The translations under genes and the position numbers were made by a program. Below the pieces are notes generated by a model. It worked only from the letters and a program-made list of their open reading frames with translations, had not been told where the DNA came from and did no database searches. From a bacterium (lineage in GTDB: Bacteria > Armatimonadota > Zipacnadia > Zipacnadales > UBA11051), in contig JAUVVY010000024.1 of the NCBI GenBank assembly GCA_030604405.1, forward strand, positions 301 through 64,300: a stretch of 64,000 nt of DNA. The letters run 5' to 3'. The first letter of the stretch is position 1; every line of letters starts with the position of its first letter. This document shows, piece after piece, positions 8,818 to 18,573 of this stretch.

Positions 8818-9021
8818 ATGGCTACAGGCAAAGTCAAGTGGTTCAACGACTCGAAAGGCTTTGGCTTCATCGAGACCGAAGATAGCGAAGATGTGTTCGT
8901 ACATTTCTCCGCTATTACCGGTGAAGGCTATCGCTCTCTCGCCGAGAACGACGAAGTCGAGTTCGACATCGTCCAGGACGGCAAAGGCCCTCGCGCTGAG
9001 AACGTTAGAGTCATTAGCTAA
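8818..9021 (+). CDS. Cold-shock protein (CspA family)
   Basis: [18 protein letters not shown]...DVFVHFSAI, 67 aa, AGGAGG RBS. Confidence 0.97.
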   Translation: MATGKVKWFNDSKGFGFIETEDSEDVFVHFSAITGEGYRSLAENDEVEFDIVQDGKGPRAENVRVIS

Positions 9022-9048
9022 GTACAAGCTCGTTTGCCACGAACACGG

Positions 9049-9081
9049 AAGCCCCTGCTGAAATCTAGCAGGGGCTTTTTT
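9049..9081 (+). terminator. Rho-independent terminator of the csp gene
   Basis: AAGCCCCTGCT-GAAATCT-AGCAGGGGCTT followed by a T run. Confidence 0.9.
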
Positions 9082-9106
9082 GCCCCGGGATAGCCGTGCG
9101 AGCGCA

Positions 9107-9922
9107 TCAGAAGTGCCATTTTTGGCGGAGGGTGTGGTATGCTGCGGCCTCGACGGCGTGGCGGGCGTCCTCATCCGGCCACCTGACACCCGTGGAAGCC
9201 GCCTCACGACTGTGCTCTGCGACCGCCCGGTCCGTGATCACCAGGTCCAAACCGGCATTTTCCCTGATCTGGTGCGACAGGTCGTGGTCGCAATAGTACA
9301 GGGCAAAATCAGGATCGGGTGAAACGCTGTCCAGAAGCAGCGTGGAGCGCGGGAGCCATAAGCAGGCCAGGTGCGCCCACCATAGCACGTCGAGGCGCGG
9401 CTGACGCTGGTCCCAGGAGCCGATCTCCGTGCCGAGCTTCAGGCCGAGGAAGCTGCGCTCGGTCTCCTCGCCGCCGCTCATGCCGCCAAATGAGGAGATG
9501 GTGTTGCCGCCGACCTCAGTATAAAGCGGCGCGACCGCTCCGGTCCGCTCGCCGTGCAGCGCATGGGCCTCGCGGAAGGCCTCGACGATGCCGGGCCGGG
9601 CTATGACATCGGACTCCACGACCAGCAGTGCCTCGGAGCCGTTCTCGCGGGCGAGCCCGAAAGCATGGCCCAGCGACAGGCCCATGTTTGGCGAGTCCTC
9701 GGCGCCGAGTTCGCGGCAATGATACACCGCGCGCTGCCCGATCTCCTGCCCGTCGCGGATAACCGGGCCGGCTGACGCGGCGTACAGTTCCGCATCCGGC
9801 TGTGGCGAGAAGTCATCGCCGATCAGGTGCACGAAAGACGCCGGGACGACCTGCTCCAGCGCGGCGAAAGTGCGGCTCGCCACATCGTAGCGGCCGTGCA
9901 CCGGGGTGAAGAGTGTGATCAT
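9107..9922 (-). CDS. Glycosyltransferase family 2-like protein
   Basis: TPVHGR, IGDDFS, VVESDV (DxD-like) and FALYYCDHDLS motifs. Confidence 0.7.
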   Translation of the reverse strand: MITLFTPVHGRYDVASRTFAALEQVVPASFVHLIGDDFSPQPDAELYAASAGPVIRDGQEIGQRAVYHCRELGAEDSPNMGLSLGHAFGLARENGSEALLVVESDVIARPGIVEAFREAHALHGERTGAVAPLYTEVGGNTISSFGGMSGGEETERSFLGLKLGTEIGSWDQRQPRLDVLWWAHLACLWLPRSTLLLDSVSPDPDFALYYCDHDLSHQIRENAGLDLVITDRAVAEHSREAASTGVRWPDEDARHAVEAAAYHTLRQKWHF

Positions 9923-9947
9923 GGGATTGTTATCCTAGCGTTTGTGA

Positions 9948-10078
9948 GCCGGCGGGCGGCTATGGCGGACAAGCCCGCGGCCTACAATGAATGCCTCCAA
10001 ACGACGACGACGACACCTCCTAACCCCCTGGCCCCCTTCCCTATCAGGGAAGGGGGAATCAAAGGGGGATAGGCAAGG
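9948..10078. repeat. GTAG-hairpin REP (minus strand) plus the internal palindrome of the GTAACTACTCA element without its ends
   Basis: Minus strand reads GTAGGCCGCGGGCTTGTCCGCCATAGCCGCCCGCCGGC. CCCCCTTCCCT..AGGGAAGGGGGAATCAAAGGGGG matches 10802-10838. Confidence 0.65.
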
Positions 10079-10127
10079 CTGCCCTGTCCACGCGGATATG
10101 TTTCGTGACGCAAATGTGCAATATGAA

Positions 10128-10628
10128 TCAATCGGTCTCGGATTCGGGCGGGGCATCCAACTGCGGCAGGCGGGCCAGGACCGCGCGAACCACAACAGCT
10201 ACCACCAGCCCGATCCCAAACAGGGCAGCGCCAGCATAGACGCCGAAAAGCGCCGCAGCCACCGCGGCCATCGCCCCTGCATCCGCAGACAATAGCAATA
10301 ACTCGTAGGCGCGACGATGCTCCCGATCGAGGTGCTTTCCAAGCCACGCGGCCGCCAGCGCGACCACCACCGCGCCGGTCAGCGGAAGAAGTATCATCAT
10401 CGGCCGGTGCAGTTTCGGAGGCAATATCAACGCCCAGGCCGCGCCGATGAACGCCCCGGCAACTACCCCGCACATGCCGTAGCCGAACACCGTCAGATAG
10501 GCCCGCGGTTGCGGTGCCGTGCGCGTCGCAAAATCGTACCGGCACTGTGGGCACTTTCCGCTGAGTTTGTCCAATGGCAGCGGAAAGCCACAGTTGGGGC
10601 AAATTCGGTCAGAGTCGCGCCTGCTCAT
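10128..10628 (-). CDS. Hypothetical membrane protein with N-terminal double zinc ribbon
   Basis: CPNCG...CPQC followed by about four hydrophobic helices. Confidence 0.7.
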   Translation of the reverse strand: MSRRDSDRICPNCGFPLPLDKLSGKCPQCRYDFATRTAPQPRAYLTVFGYGMCGVVAGAFIGAAWALILPPKLHRPMMILLPLTGAVVVALAAAWLGKHLDREHRRAYELLLLSADAGAMAAVAAALFGVYAGAALFGIGLVVAVVVRAVLARLPQLDAPPESETD

Positions 10629-10777
10629 GCTCGCTTCCGTCGGAAATCAGACTGGAAGACTCTATTCGCGGTAGCAGTGCGAAATCCTTCCGTGGGGCTC
10701 TGGCGCACAAGCCGCGACGGACCTCAGTGCGGTGCCCCGAAGGACACTCCGCGCCAACGGCGAAACATACAAAGACC

Positions 10778-10867
10778 GTAACTACTCACCTATCCCCCTA
10801 GCCCCCTTCCCTGGTAGGGAAGGGGGAATCAAAGGGGGTTAGGCCAAGCCACAAGCTGAGTATTTGC
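10778..10867. mobile_element. MITE/REP-like element with GTAACTACTCA ends, copy 2
   Basis: GTAACTACTCACCTA...AGGCCAAGCCACAAGCTGAGTATTTGC. Confidence 0.7.
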
Positions 10868-10926
10868 CAAACACCTGGCACACTCGCGAGCCGAGAGCTG
10901 AAAGTACAAGCGTGGAGGAGATATAT

Positions 10927-12150
10927 ATGCGCGATTTTCGGAGCGAATATAACACACTGGCCGAGCGTATGGCTGAAAAGGGCATTGCCATCGAGCCTGT
11001 CAAGGCCAGGCTGAAAGCCCAGGCGATTGAAACTCCCTCGTGGGGTTACGCAGACTCCGGCACCAGGTTCGGGACCTATCCTCAGCCCGGTGCGGCCATC
11101 ACTATCGAAGAGAAGCTGGCCGATGCCGCGCAGGTGCACAAGTTCACCGGCGTAGCGCCGGCCGTCGCCGTGCATGTGGCATGGGATTTCCCCGATGGCT
11201 TCGATCCGGCAATAGTCGAGTATGCCGAAAGCCTCGGAGTGCGGATCGGCGCGATCAATCCGACCTGCTTTCAGGACCCCGAAGGGCTGATGGGCACGAT
11301 CGCCAATCCGGACGCCCGCATTCGGCAGAAAGCCATTGATCACATGCTCGAGTCGGTCGAGATCGGCAGGCAGGTCGGCTCGCGGAACCTGAGTCTGTGG
11401 TTCACCGATGGCACGAATTACCCGGGCCAGGATGACCTGATACAGCGCAGGCACCGCGTCAGCGAGAGCTTGCAGGCGGTCTATGAGGCGATGCCTGAGA
11501 CGATGCGGATGCTGATCGAGTACAAGCCCTTCGAGCCGGCGTTTTATCACACCGACATCGCCGATTGGGGGATGGCTTACCTGTTCGCGAAGACCTGCGG
11601 CGAGCGGGCGAAGGTGCTGATTGACTTGGGCCACCACTTGCACGGCACCAACATCGAACACATCGTGGCGACGCTGCTGGATGAAGGCATGCTCGGAGGC
11701 TTTCATTTCAACAACGCCAGGTACGCCGATGATGACCTGGTGACCGGCTCGGTGAACCCGTACCAGGACTTCCTGGTATTCGACCAGCTCGTGGTGGCCG
11801 AAAGCAAGCCGCAGGCGGCGGATATCGCCTATATGATTGACCAGAACTTCAACGTGAAGCCGAAGCTAGCGGGGATGATCCAGAGCTGCTGCAACATCCA
11901 GCGGACCTACGCCAGGGCGCTGCTGGTGGATCGGGGGAAGCTGGCAGCGGCGCGGGAAGATGGCGATATCATCGGCTCCGAGCAGGCGCTGATAGAAGCG
12001 TTCAACACCGATGTGGAGCCGCTGCTGATGGTGGTGCGGGAGGAGATGGGGCTGGAGCCGGAGCCGCTGGCGGCATACCTGGCAAGCGGCTACCAGGAGC
12101 AGATCGAGCAAGCGCGGGGCATCCGGGAGGCCGGCGGCGGGCTGGGATAG
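10927..12150 (+). CDS. rhaI: L-rhamnose isomerase (RhaI type, xylose isomerase-like TIM barrel)
   Basis: IETPSWGYADSGTRF, DGTNYPGQDD, IEYKPFEPAFY, DLGHH and GGFHFN...ADDDL motifs. GGAGG RBS. Confidence 0.88.
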   Translation: MRDFRSEYNTLAERMAEKGIAIEPVKARLKAQAIETPSWGYADSGTRFGTYPQPGAAITIEEKLADAAQVHKFTGVAPAVAVHVAWDFPDGFDPAIVEYAESLGVRIGAINPTCFQDPEGLMGTIANPDARIRQKAIDHMLESVEIGRQVGSRNLSLWFTDGTNYPGQDDLIQRRHRVSESLQAVYEAMPETMRMLIEYKPFEPAFYHTDIADWGMAYLFAKTCGERAKVLIDLGHHLHGTNIEHIVATLLDEGMLGGFHFNNARYADDDLVTGSVNPYQDFLVFDQLVVAESKPQAADIAYMIDQNFNVKPKLAGMIQSCCNIQRTYARALLVDRGKLAAAREDGDIIGSEQALIEAFNTDVEPLLMVVREEMGLEPEPLAAYLASGYQEQIEQARGIREAGGGLG

Positions 12151-12153
12151 AAC

Positions 12154-12186
12154 GGCTGGGCAGGATGCCTCACCCACGGGCTTTTT
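12154..12186 (-). repeat. GTGG-hairpin REP variant (may also terminate rhaI)
   Basis: Minus strand AAAAAGCCC-GTGG-GTGAGGCA-TCC-TGCCCAGCC, comparable with 45890-45915. Confidence 0.55.
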
Positions 12187-12229
12187 GTGATGCTCGGCCC
12201 GCCCTCGCCGGGAGTTCTCTGCGGGAGAC

Positions 12230-13225
12230 ATGGTGTCCGAAATGATGGACTACACCTTCGTTGACCATACCCAGGTGCGTGACCTCATTGAGCAGGTTAC
12301 AATGCTCGAGGCGGTGGCGTTCGCTGAGTACGAGGGCGCGCCGACCTTTGACGAGAGCTTCACTGAATGGTACCTGAGGCGCCCCGGCTCCACTGCAAAG
12401 CTGTGCGTGGCTGCACTGGACGACGAGCAGATGGTCTCGGTGGTGCTGGTGGCAATCCAGCCGGTGCAGCTCGGCGGCAAGGTGCTGGACTGCGGGATCA
12501 TCGATTCGGTGGCCACCCATCCGCAGCACCGCAGGCAGGGCCTGGCACGCAAGCTGATGGAGATGGCGCATGAGCAGATGCGGGTGGCTGGTGCTGATGC
12601 AGGGGTGCTCTATACCAACCCCGAGGACCACCCGTACCCGTTCTATCAGCGGCTGGGATATCAGACGCGGGCGATCTGCCGGATGATGGAAGGCAGGAGG
12701 CCCGCCGAGAATGGGACGCTGACGGTGAGGGCGGCGGATGCGGTCGAGCATGAGATGATTGCCCGGATGCTGAATCAATTCTACAGCGCGCACGAGGGCT
12801 ACGCGCCGCTGAGTGCCGAGCTGTGGGAGTGGCATAAGGTGGCCAGGCCGATAGCAATGGAGCCCCTGCTACTGGTGGCTGAGGCCGATGGAAAACTGGC
12901 GGCGACCTGCACCTACGCTGAAGTGCCGGTGCTGCTGAGGGGCGAGACCGTTACCGTGGCCGTGCTTTCGGATTTTGCTTGCGAAGCCGATGCGTGCGAT
13001 GGGGCGGAGGCCGTGATGAGCGTGCTGGCGGCAGCGCCGCGAGAGAATGTGATGTGTCTGGTTGATGAAGCGGACCCGCTGGCCGACTTGTACGCCGCTG
13101 CCGGGTTCGAGAAGGCGGTCAGTGAAGTGAGCATGGTGCTGCCGTTTTCCAAAGCGGCGTACGAGGCGATGGCGAACAAGTGCGGGCCGTGGTACGTGAT
13201 GGTCGAGTCGGTGATCGGAGTATAG
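12230..13225 (+). CDS. GNAT family acetyltransferase (tandem GNAT, Eis-like)
   Basis: VATHPQHRRQGLA acetyl-CoA motif and FYQRLGY. Confidence 0.85.
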   Translation: MVSEMMDYTFVDHTQVRDLIEQVTMLEAVAFAEYEGAPTFDESFTEWYLRRPGSTAKLCVAALDDEQMVSVVLVAIQPVQLGGKVLDCGIIDSVATHPQHRRQGLARKLMEMAHEQMRVAGADAGVLYTNPEDHPYPFYQRLGYQTRAICRMMEGRRPAENGTLTVRAADAVEHEMIARMLNQFYSAHEGYAPLSAELWEWHKVARPIAMEPLLLVAEADGKLAATCTYAEVPVLLRGETVTVAVLSDFACEADACDGAEAVMSVLAAAPRENVMCLVDEADPLADLYAAAGFEKAVSEVSMVLPFSKAAYEAMANKCGPWYVMVESVIGV

Positions 13226-13236
13226 GCGACAGCAGA

Positions 13237-14085
13237 ATGATCGAAGCAATCGTCAATATCCTGACGATGACTGTAAAGATCACCGTCATCGTGTTTCTGA
13301 TGATGGTGGTGATCGAATACCTGCAACTGCGCTATCAGGCGACAATGCGGCGGGGTCTGACCGGCCGGCGCTGGATACAGTACGTGGTGGCTGCGCTCCT
13401 GGGAGTGGTGCCGGGCTGCGTCGGGGCGTTCTTTGTGGTCAGCCTGTATATGCGCGGACTGACGAGCTTCGGGGCACTGGCGGCGGTGTTGATTGCAACC
13501 TCGGGCGACGGGGCCTTCGTGCTACTGACGGAAACGCCGCAGACCGCCCCCCTTCTATTTGCCATTTGCGCGCTCGCCGGTGTGCCAGTCGGCTTTATCG
13601 CTGATGCGCTGGTGGATAAGTTCAAGATCAAACTGTGTGAGCACTGTGAGCCGGAGCTGCACGAAGAGGACATGGCGGCATCCCCCTTTTCTCTGTCGCA
13701 TTTCGTCCGCGAGCATGTGTATCATCACATCATCCGTCAGCATCTGCTGAGCCTGTTTCTGTGGCTGCTGGGCGCGTTTGTGGTGCTTCAACTGATCCAG
13801 CCATACGTGGATGTGCGCGGGCTGCCGGTGAGTAATGTGGTGTTGGTGGCTATCGCTGCCGGCATCGGGATCTTGCCCGAAAGCGGCGCGCATCTGGTGT
13901 TCGTGCTGCTGTTTGCCGAGGGCGCGATCCCGTTTTCGGTGCTTCTGGCCATCAGCATCGTGCAGGACGGTCACGGCCTGATCCCGCTCTTGTCGGCATC
14001 GGTGCGCGACTCTTTGTACGTGAAGGCGGTCAATGTGGCGGCAGGGCTGATCATCGGCCTGGCGGCGCTGGGCTTGGGGTACTAG
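13237..14085 (+). CDS. Putative metal permease (DUF2899/ArsP-like putative manganese transporter)
   Basis: Polytopic protein with LGVVPGCVGAF, IATSGD, PESGAH and QDGHG motifs and a His/Cys-rich loop. Confidence 0.75.
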   Translation: MIEAIVNILTMTVKITVIVFLMMVVIEYLQLRYQATMRRGLTGRRWIQYVVAALLGVVPGCVGAFFVVSLYMRGLTSFGALAAVLIATSGDGAFVLLTETPQTAPLLFAICALAGVPVGFIADALVDKFKIKLCEHCEPELHEEDMAASPFSLSHFVREHVYHHIIRQHLLSLFLWLLGAFVVLQLIQPYVDVRGLPVSNVVLVAIAAGIGILPESGAHLVFVLLFAEGAIPFSVLLAISIVQDGHGLIPLLSASVRDSLYVKAVNVAAGLIIGLAALGLGY

Positions 14086-14163
14086 GCCGGCAGGTGCGCG
14101 CGTCAGGTGCAAAGAAGCGTAAAGAGTGCTTTGGCGGCCAGATTACCCCACAGGGGGCCTGTG

Positions 14164-15024
14164 ATGGGTAAACCGATTATCTTCGATACTGACATCGGCA
14201 GCGATATAGATGACGCCTATGCGCTGGCGCTGATATTGCAGTGCCCGGAGCTGGAACTGACAGGCGTCACGGTGGGCCACGGGCCGACGCGACAGCGCGC
14301 CAAGCTAGCGCTGAAGATGCTGCACTACACTGGGCGTGACGCTGTACCGGTGGCGGTGGGTCGGGAAAGCGACTGGGATGTAAACCAGGCTCCGTGGGCC
14401 GAGGATTTCGACCTGCTGAGTCCGATAGAGCAGCCGGCGGCGGAGTTTGTGGTCGAAACGATTGACAGCCGGCCGGGCGAGATCACGCTCATCTGCGTGG
14501 GTCCCTTTACGAATCTCGGGGACGCTCTCGAACTGGACCCGGCAGTGATGCAGAAGGCCCGGCGGGTGATAGTCATGGGCGGCTGCATCGGCCTGCCGGA
14601 TGGCGCAACCCCTGAGCCGCACCCCGAATACAATGCCACAACGGACGCTGAAGCGACGCAGAAGCTGCTGGCAAGCTGCGGTGCGATTACGCTGGTGCCG
14701 CTGGACGTGACGAAGCATGTGCCGCTTTCGGAGCGCAACCGGCAGCTTCTGGCCGAGGCGGATTTGCCCCTGCCGCGTGCGCTCACAGAGCTTTATGAAT
14801 ACTGGCCGGGTGAGACGCCGCTGTTGCACGACCCGCTGGCGGTAGGGATGGCCGTATTGCCGCGCTTCTGCCAGACCGAGCGGATGAGAATAAGCGTGGA
14901 CGACGCTGGTGCGACGCTGATTTCTGAGGACGGCATCGAGATGGCGGTGTGCAGCACGGTTGAAGCAGAGGCGTTTCTGCATTTCTTCATGTCGCGGCTG
15001 CTGAGCGAATGGGGCGGGAAGTGA
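14164..15024 (+). CDS. Nucleoside hydrolase (IUNH family)
   Basis: DTDIGSDIDDA, GPFTN, MGG, EYN and LHDPLA motifs. Confidence 0.92.
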   Translation: MGKPIIFDTDIGSDIDDAYALALILQCPELELTGVTVGHGPTRQRAKLALKMLHYTGRDAVPVAVGRESDWDVNQAPWAEDFDLLSPIEQPAAEFVVETIDSRPGEITLICVGPFTNLGDALELDPAVMQKARRVIVMGGCIGLPDGATPEPHPEYNATTDAEATQKLLASCGAITLVPLDVTKHVPLSERNRQLLAEADLPLPRALTELYEYWPGETPLLHDPLAVGMAVLPRFCQTERMRISVDDAGATLISEDGIEMAVCSTVEAEAFLHFFMSRLLSEWGGK

Positions 15025-15033
15025 GGAGCGACG

Positions 15034-17244
15034 TTGGCTGATTTCAGAGAGCAGCAAGCAGAGTTCCCCATAGATATGATGCTGGCGCGGCGGGGGCTGC
15101 GTCACCACACCCTGGGGCCAACCGGCAGGCGCGTCTATTGCGACCGGCTCGATAACCTAATCGGGCTGCGCGGCCGGTTTTGCTACCTCCACGACCGCGA
15201 GGACGGCCAGGCGATACGAGACCCAATCCTCATGAAGATAGCCGTCAACGGGACGCCGATTACCAGCAAGCGCGCGGCTGCATACTGGTATCCGTCGCAT
15301 CTTTATCGGCGCACCACCCAGCATGACCTGCGCATCCAGGAGTACAAGTTCATCACGCAAGATGACGTGCTGTGTGACCAGATCGAGCTGACTAATGAGA
15401 GTGATGCGGAAGTCACCATTACTATCGAGACGAGCAGCGGCGCGCTTTTGGAGGCGGCCCGGGTGGGCAAGGACGGTATCGCCGGCGGGTGGCGGACATA
15501 CGGCCAGTCGCTGCGGATGATCCTGGCCGCACCGGCGCGGCCTGATAGCAGCACGCGGGTCCTGAGCACCAGGCTGCGTCTGGGAGCGGGGCAGAGCACA
15601 GAGCTGTTCGTGGCCATGGCGGTCGCAGATACCCAACTTGTCGCACAGGAGGTATTGCGCGGGTGGGTGAAGCACGAGGACCCGCTCCTGGCGCACCGTA
15701 AGCAATATCAGGCCTGGTATGATGAGAATTGCCCCCGATTTGAGTGCTCTGATGAATGGGTCAGCCGCATGTGGTGGTATCGGTGGTTCGTGGTGCGGCA
15801 CAATTATGTTGACCCGCGCCTGGGCCACATCCGCCATCCGCTTTTCTACGAGGGCAAGCACGGCGGCTATGCGCGCGGGATCACTGCCAGTGCGCCGCTG
15901 ATTATCAATGAGGTGCGCTGGCTGCGCGATGCCGAGTACGCCCACGGCATGATGCGCAATTACATCGAGACACAGCCGCAACACGGCCTGTACCGCGACT
16001 TGTGGGTGGACTGGGTGCGAGACCTTGAGCCGGGACGCGAGGGCAATCCGGACCCCGGGTACGAGGAGTTCCTGCCGGCGGCGTTTTGGGGAGCGCTGCT
16101 GGTGCACCCGGATAAGGAATTGCTGGAAGATGCGGCGGCCTCGATGGTGGCAAACATCGCCGGGCTGCGCGAAATCCGCGACCGCAACGACAACCTGCTG
16201 CTCAACCCGGGCGGGCACCACATGACCCAGGAGCACGCGCCGTCGTTTGCCCACTTCCATAAATACAAAGACTGGTATGACTACACCGAGCTGGAGCGGC
16301 CGGATTACTCGGCCTTCTTCTACGCGAATCTGTGCGCGACGGCGGCTGCACACCGCAAGCTGGGCAACGCGCAGGAAGCGGAATGGTTCGGGAACCTGGC
16401 AGCGCGCTGTGCGAACGCGATCTGTGAGCAGCTGTGGGACCCCGAAGACGGCTGCTTCTACAGCATCCGCGAGCAGGACGGAGAGTTCGCCAGGTGCCGC
16501 GAGGCCAACGGGCTCTTCCCCTTTGCCTTCATGGCGGTGCCTGATGCGCCCGAGTACCACCGGGCGGTCGAATACCTGCTGGACGAAGAGGAGCTGCTGA
16601 CACCGTGGCCGTTCGCAACGGCCTCGCAGCGATGTCCGGCCTTCTCGGCGCAGCCCGGCTACTGGGGCCGGCAGAAAAAGCGCGCCTTCTGCATGTGGAA
16701 TGGCCCGACGTGGCCGTACACCAACAGCATTTTAGTCGAGGCGCTGGGCAACCTGGTCCGTCACCATTCGCAGGAGCTTGTGAACGCGGAGATACTGCGC
16801 GCGTTTATGGGCAAGTTTGCGCGGCTGATGCACGAGGACGGTGACGCCGGCTTGCCGCTGGTGCGGGAGTGCTACGACGGCGAGACCGGCAAGGGCTACG
16901 GCTGCCCGGACTATTTGCACAGCTCCTACAATGACTTGATAGTGCGCTTCATGTGCGGGCTGACGCCGGCGGACGAGCAGGAGCTTGTGATTGACCCGCT
17001 GTGTGCCGGGTGGTCGCATTTCCGCCTCGAGGGGCTGCGCTACCAGGGCCATGACATCAGCATAATCTACGAATCGCGGCCCCGCAAAAAAGCGTATCAG
17101 GACGTTGAGGCAGGCCTGACCGTGATTGTTGATGGAGAAGTCGCCGCGCACGCAGCCCGGCTGGAGGCAGTGGCGATAGAATTGCCGGCAGCAGAAGAGG
17201 CGGACGCTGAAGATGATGACGCGGGCGGCGAGGTTGTGCATTGA
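15034..17244 (+). CDS. (alpha/alpha)6-barrel glycoside hydrolase (GH63/MGH1-like)
   Basis: LWDPEDGCFY, WNGPTWPYTNS and RECYD motifs, with a C-terminal beta-sandwich. Confidence 0.8.
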   Translation: MADFREQQAEFPIDMMLARRGLRHHTLGPTGRRVYCDRLDNLIGLRGRFCYLHDREDGQAIRDPILMKIAVNGTPITSKRAAAYWYPSHLYRRTTQHDLRIQEYKFITQDDVLCDQIELTNESDAEVTITIETSSGALLEAARVGKDGIAGGWRTYGQSLRMILAAPARPDSSTRVLSTRLRLGAGQSTELFVAMAVADTQLVAQEVLRGWVKHEDPLLAHRKQYQAWYDENCPRFECSDEWVSRMWWYRWFVVRHNYVDPRLGHIRHPLFYEGKHGGYARGITASAPLIINEVRWLRDAEYAHGMMRNYIETQPQHGLYRDLWVDWVRDLEPGREGNPDPGYEEFLPAAFWGALLVHPDKELLEDAAASMVANIAGLREIRDRNDNLLLNPGGHHMTQEHAPSFAHFHKYKDWYDYTELERPDYSAFFYANLCATAAAHRKLGNAQEAEWFGNLAARCANAICEQLWDPEDGCFYSIREQDGEFARCREANGLFPFAFMAVPDAPEYHRAVEYLLDEEELLTPWPFATASQRCPAFSAQPGYWGRQKKRAFCMWNGPTWPYTNSILVEALGNLVRHHSQELVNAEILRAFMGKFARLMHEDGDAGLPLVRECYDGETGKGYGCPDYLHSSYNDLIVRFMCGLTPADEQELVIDPLCAGWSHFRLEGLRYQGHDISIIYESRPRKKAYQDVEAGLTVIVDGEVAAHAARLEAVAIELPAAEEADAEDDDAGGEVVH

Positions 17245-17337
17245 ACGGCGGACTACACGCAACATGGGCCTTCGATGCGACGGTGTCTGTTCCTGCAGAC
17301 ATTGTATCATCTGGTCGTCGTGATGGCTGGGCTGTTG

Positions 17338-18255
17338 CTAGCGTTGAGTGCCGTCGTACGGATCCTCTGTTAGCCATGGGCCCGGGCCGACCGTGCCGGT
17401 GTCGGCCTTGTACGTCGCCCTGACGTCTAAGCTGCTGTCCACGTTGAGTACCTCGCCGGCCTTGAGGAGTACCTTGCCGGGTTTCACCCGCGATGTGACC
17501 ATCACCTCTCCCTTATACACCATCACGTAACTGGCCCAGAGGTAGCGCTCCTTATACACGGTAACGCGGAAGTGGGTACCCCGGACGGCAGCGACTACCT
17601 CAGGAGTGAGAACCTCAAAGCGAGACCCGGGAGTAACTGTCACGTCAACCGAGCCTTGTTGCCCGTCGGGGATCCATACGACAGTGTGAAGTCCGGCGTC
17701 ACTGGAGACCGATGTCAACACAGCAACGCTCAGGCCGTCTTGAATATCTACCCGGCTGCCATCCGCGAATTTCAGTACGCCTCCCTCAACAAACTCGCCC
17801 GCACCTATTATCGTCGCATTGTGGGTTATGGCTCCCATCGGGCCGACTTCGGACTTGCTCTTGCCGCAGAGCACTGCGGCCTTGCGGCCGCGGTTGTGGC
17901 GCGGGCATCCGACCACGAATTCGCTGGCCTTGGCGACATTATAGCGGCCCACAAAGAAGGCACTGTAGCTGTCATCTGAATCGCGATCCTTGGGACACAC
18001 GAAGATGCTGTTAGTGTCCACATAGGGGCCCACGGAGACAGGCAGCCGCGACATCGGCGGCCCATGGTGGTCCTGATGATACAATTGGGCCGCAACGCCG
18101 ATCTGATGCAAATTAGCGGCGCACTGGACTACTCTAGCTGACTCCCGGGCGCCGGCGAAGACAGGAAAGAGAATCGCCGCCAATACAGCGATTATGCCGA
18201 TAACGGCAAGCAGCTCACTGAGAGTGAAGCCCCGAGCCCTGTAGTCGCCTCGCAT
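17338..18255 (-). CDS. Prepilin-type N-terminal cleavage/methylation protein with C-terminal FecR-like domain, paralog 1
   Basis: RG|FTLSELLAVIGIIAVLAAILFPVFAGARESAR..CAANL; C-terminal FEVLTPEVVAAVRGTHFRV...VYKGEVMV. GGAGG RBS. Confidence 0.85.
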   Translation of the reverse strand: MRGDYRARGFTLSELLAVIGIIAVLAAILFPVFAGARESARVVQCAANLHQIGVAAQLYHQDHHGPPMSRLPVSVGPYVDTNSIFVCPKDRDSDDSYSAFFVGRYNVAKASEFVVGCPRHNRGRKAAVLCGKSKSEVGPMGAITHNATIIGAGEFVEGGVLKFADGSRVDIQDGLSVAVLTSVSSDAGLHTVVWIPDGQQGSVDVTVTPGSRFEVLTPEVVAAVRGTHFRVTVYKERYLWASYVMVYKGEVMVTSRVKPGKVLLKAGEVLNVDSSLDVRATYKADTGTVGPGPWLTEDPYDGTQR

Positions 18256-18381
18256 TTGTCGTCCTCCCTACCACATTGATGTGTGATATGTGCCGAATCC
18301 CGGTGGGATCGGCCGGCCTGTCACGGCTGAGTCTCGCAGCCTCATTGGTTCCGATTGCCAGGAGGATTCTACCCCGTTACG

Positions 18382-18419
18382 CTCAACTTATTCATAATTG
18401 ATTCTCAAGACGCGGTCAA
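18382..18419 (-). promoter_or_regulatory. TTGAG-type direct-repeat array upstream of prepilin paralog 1
   Basis: On the + strand, CTCAA at 18382 and 18404 and GTCAA at 18415 (multiples of 11 bp). Confidence 0.45.
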
Positions 18420-18477
18420 AGTCAATGCCAGCGTGGCGAAAGCCGCATAGCAATGGCATCACAACTGTGACTGGGCG

Positions 18478-18510
18478 AAAAAAAGGCTGCGCCTGAATCT
18501 CGGGCGCAGC
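18478..18510 (-). terminator. Rho-independent terminator of prepilin paralog 2
   Basis: Minus strand GCTGCGCCCGA-GAT-TCAGGCGCAGC-C-TTTTTTT. Confidence 0.85.
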
Positions 18511-18573
18511 GGACCTGGGTGCGACGATACCCGTTACGGCTAAGGTTGTGTCACTCGGGCATTATCGTCATCC

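Noticed and set aside
8379..9350. Diversity-generating retroelement TR/VR pair (GT2 3' end and its copy)
   Set aside because: Mismatches involve all four bases rather than adenines only, and there is no reverse transcriptase in the window.
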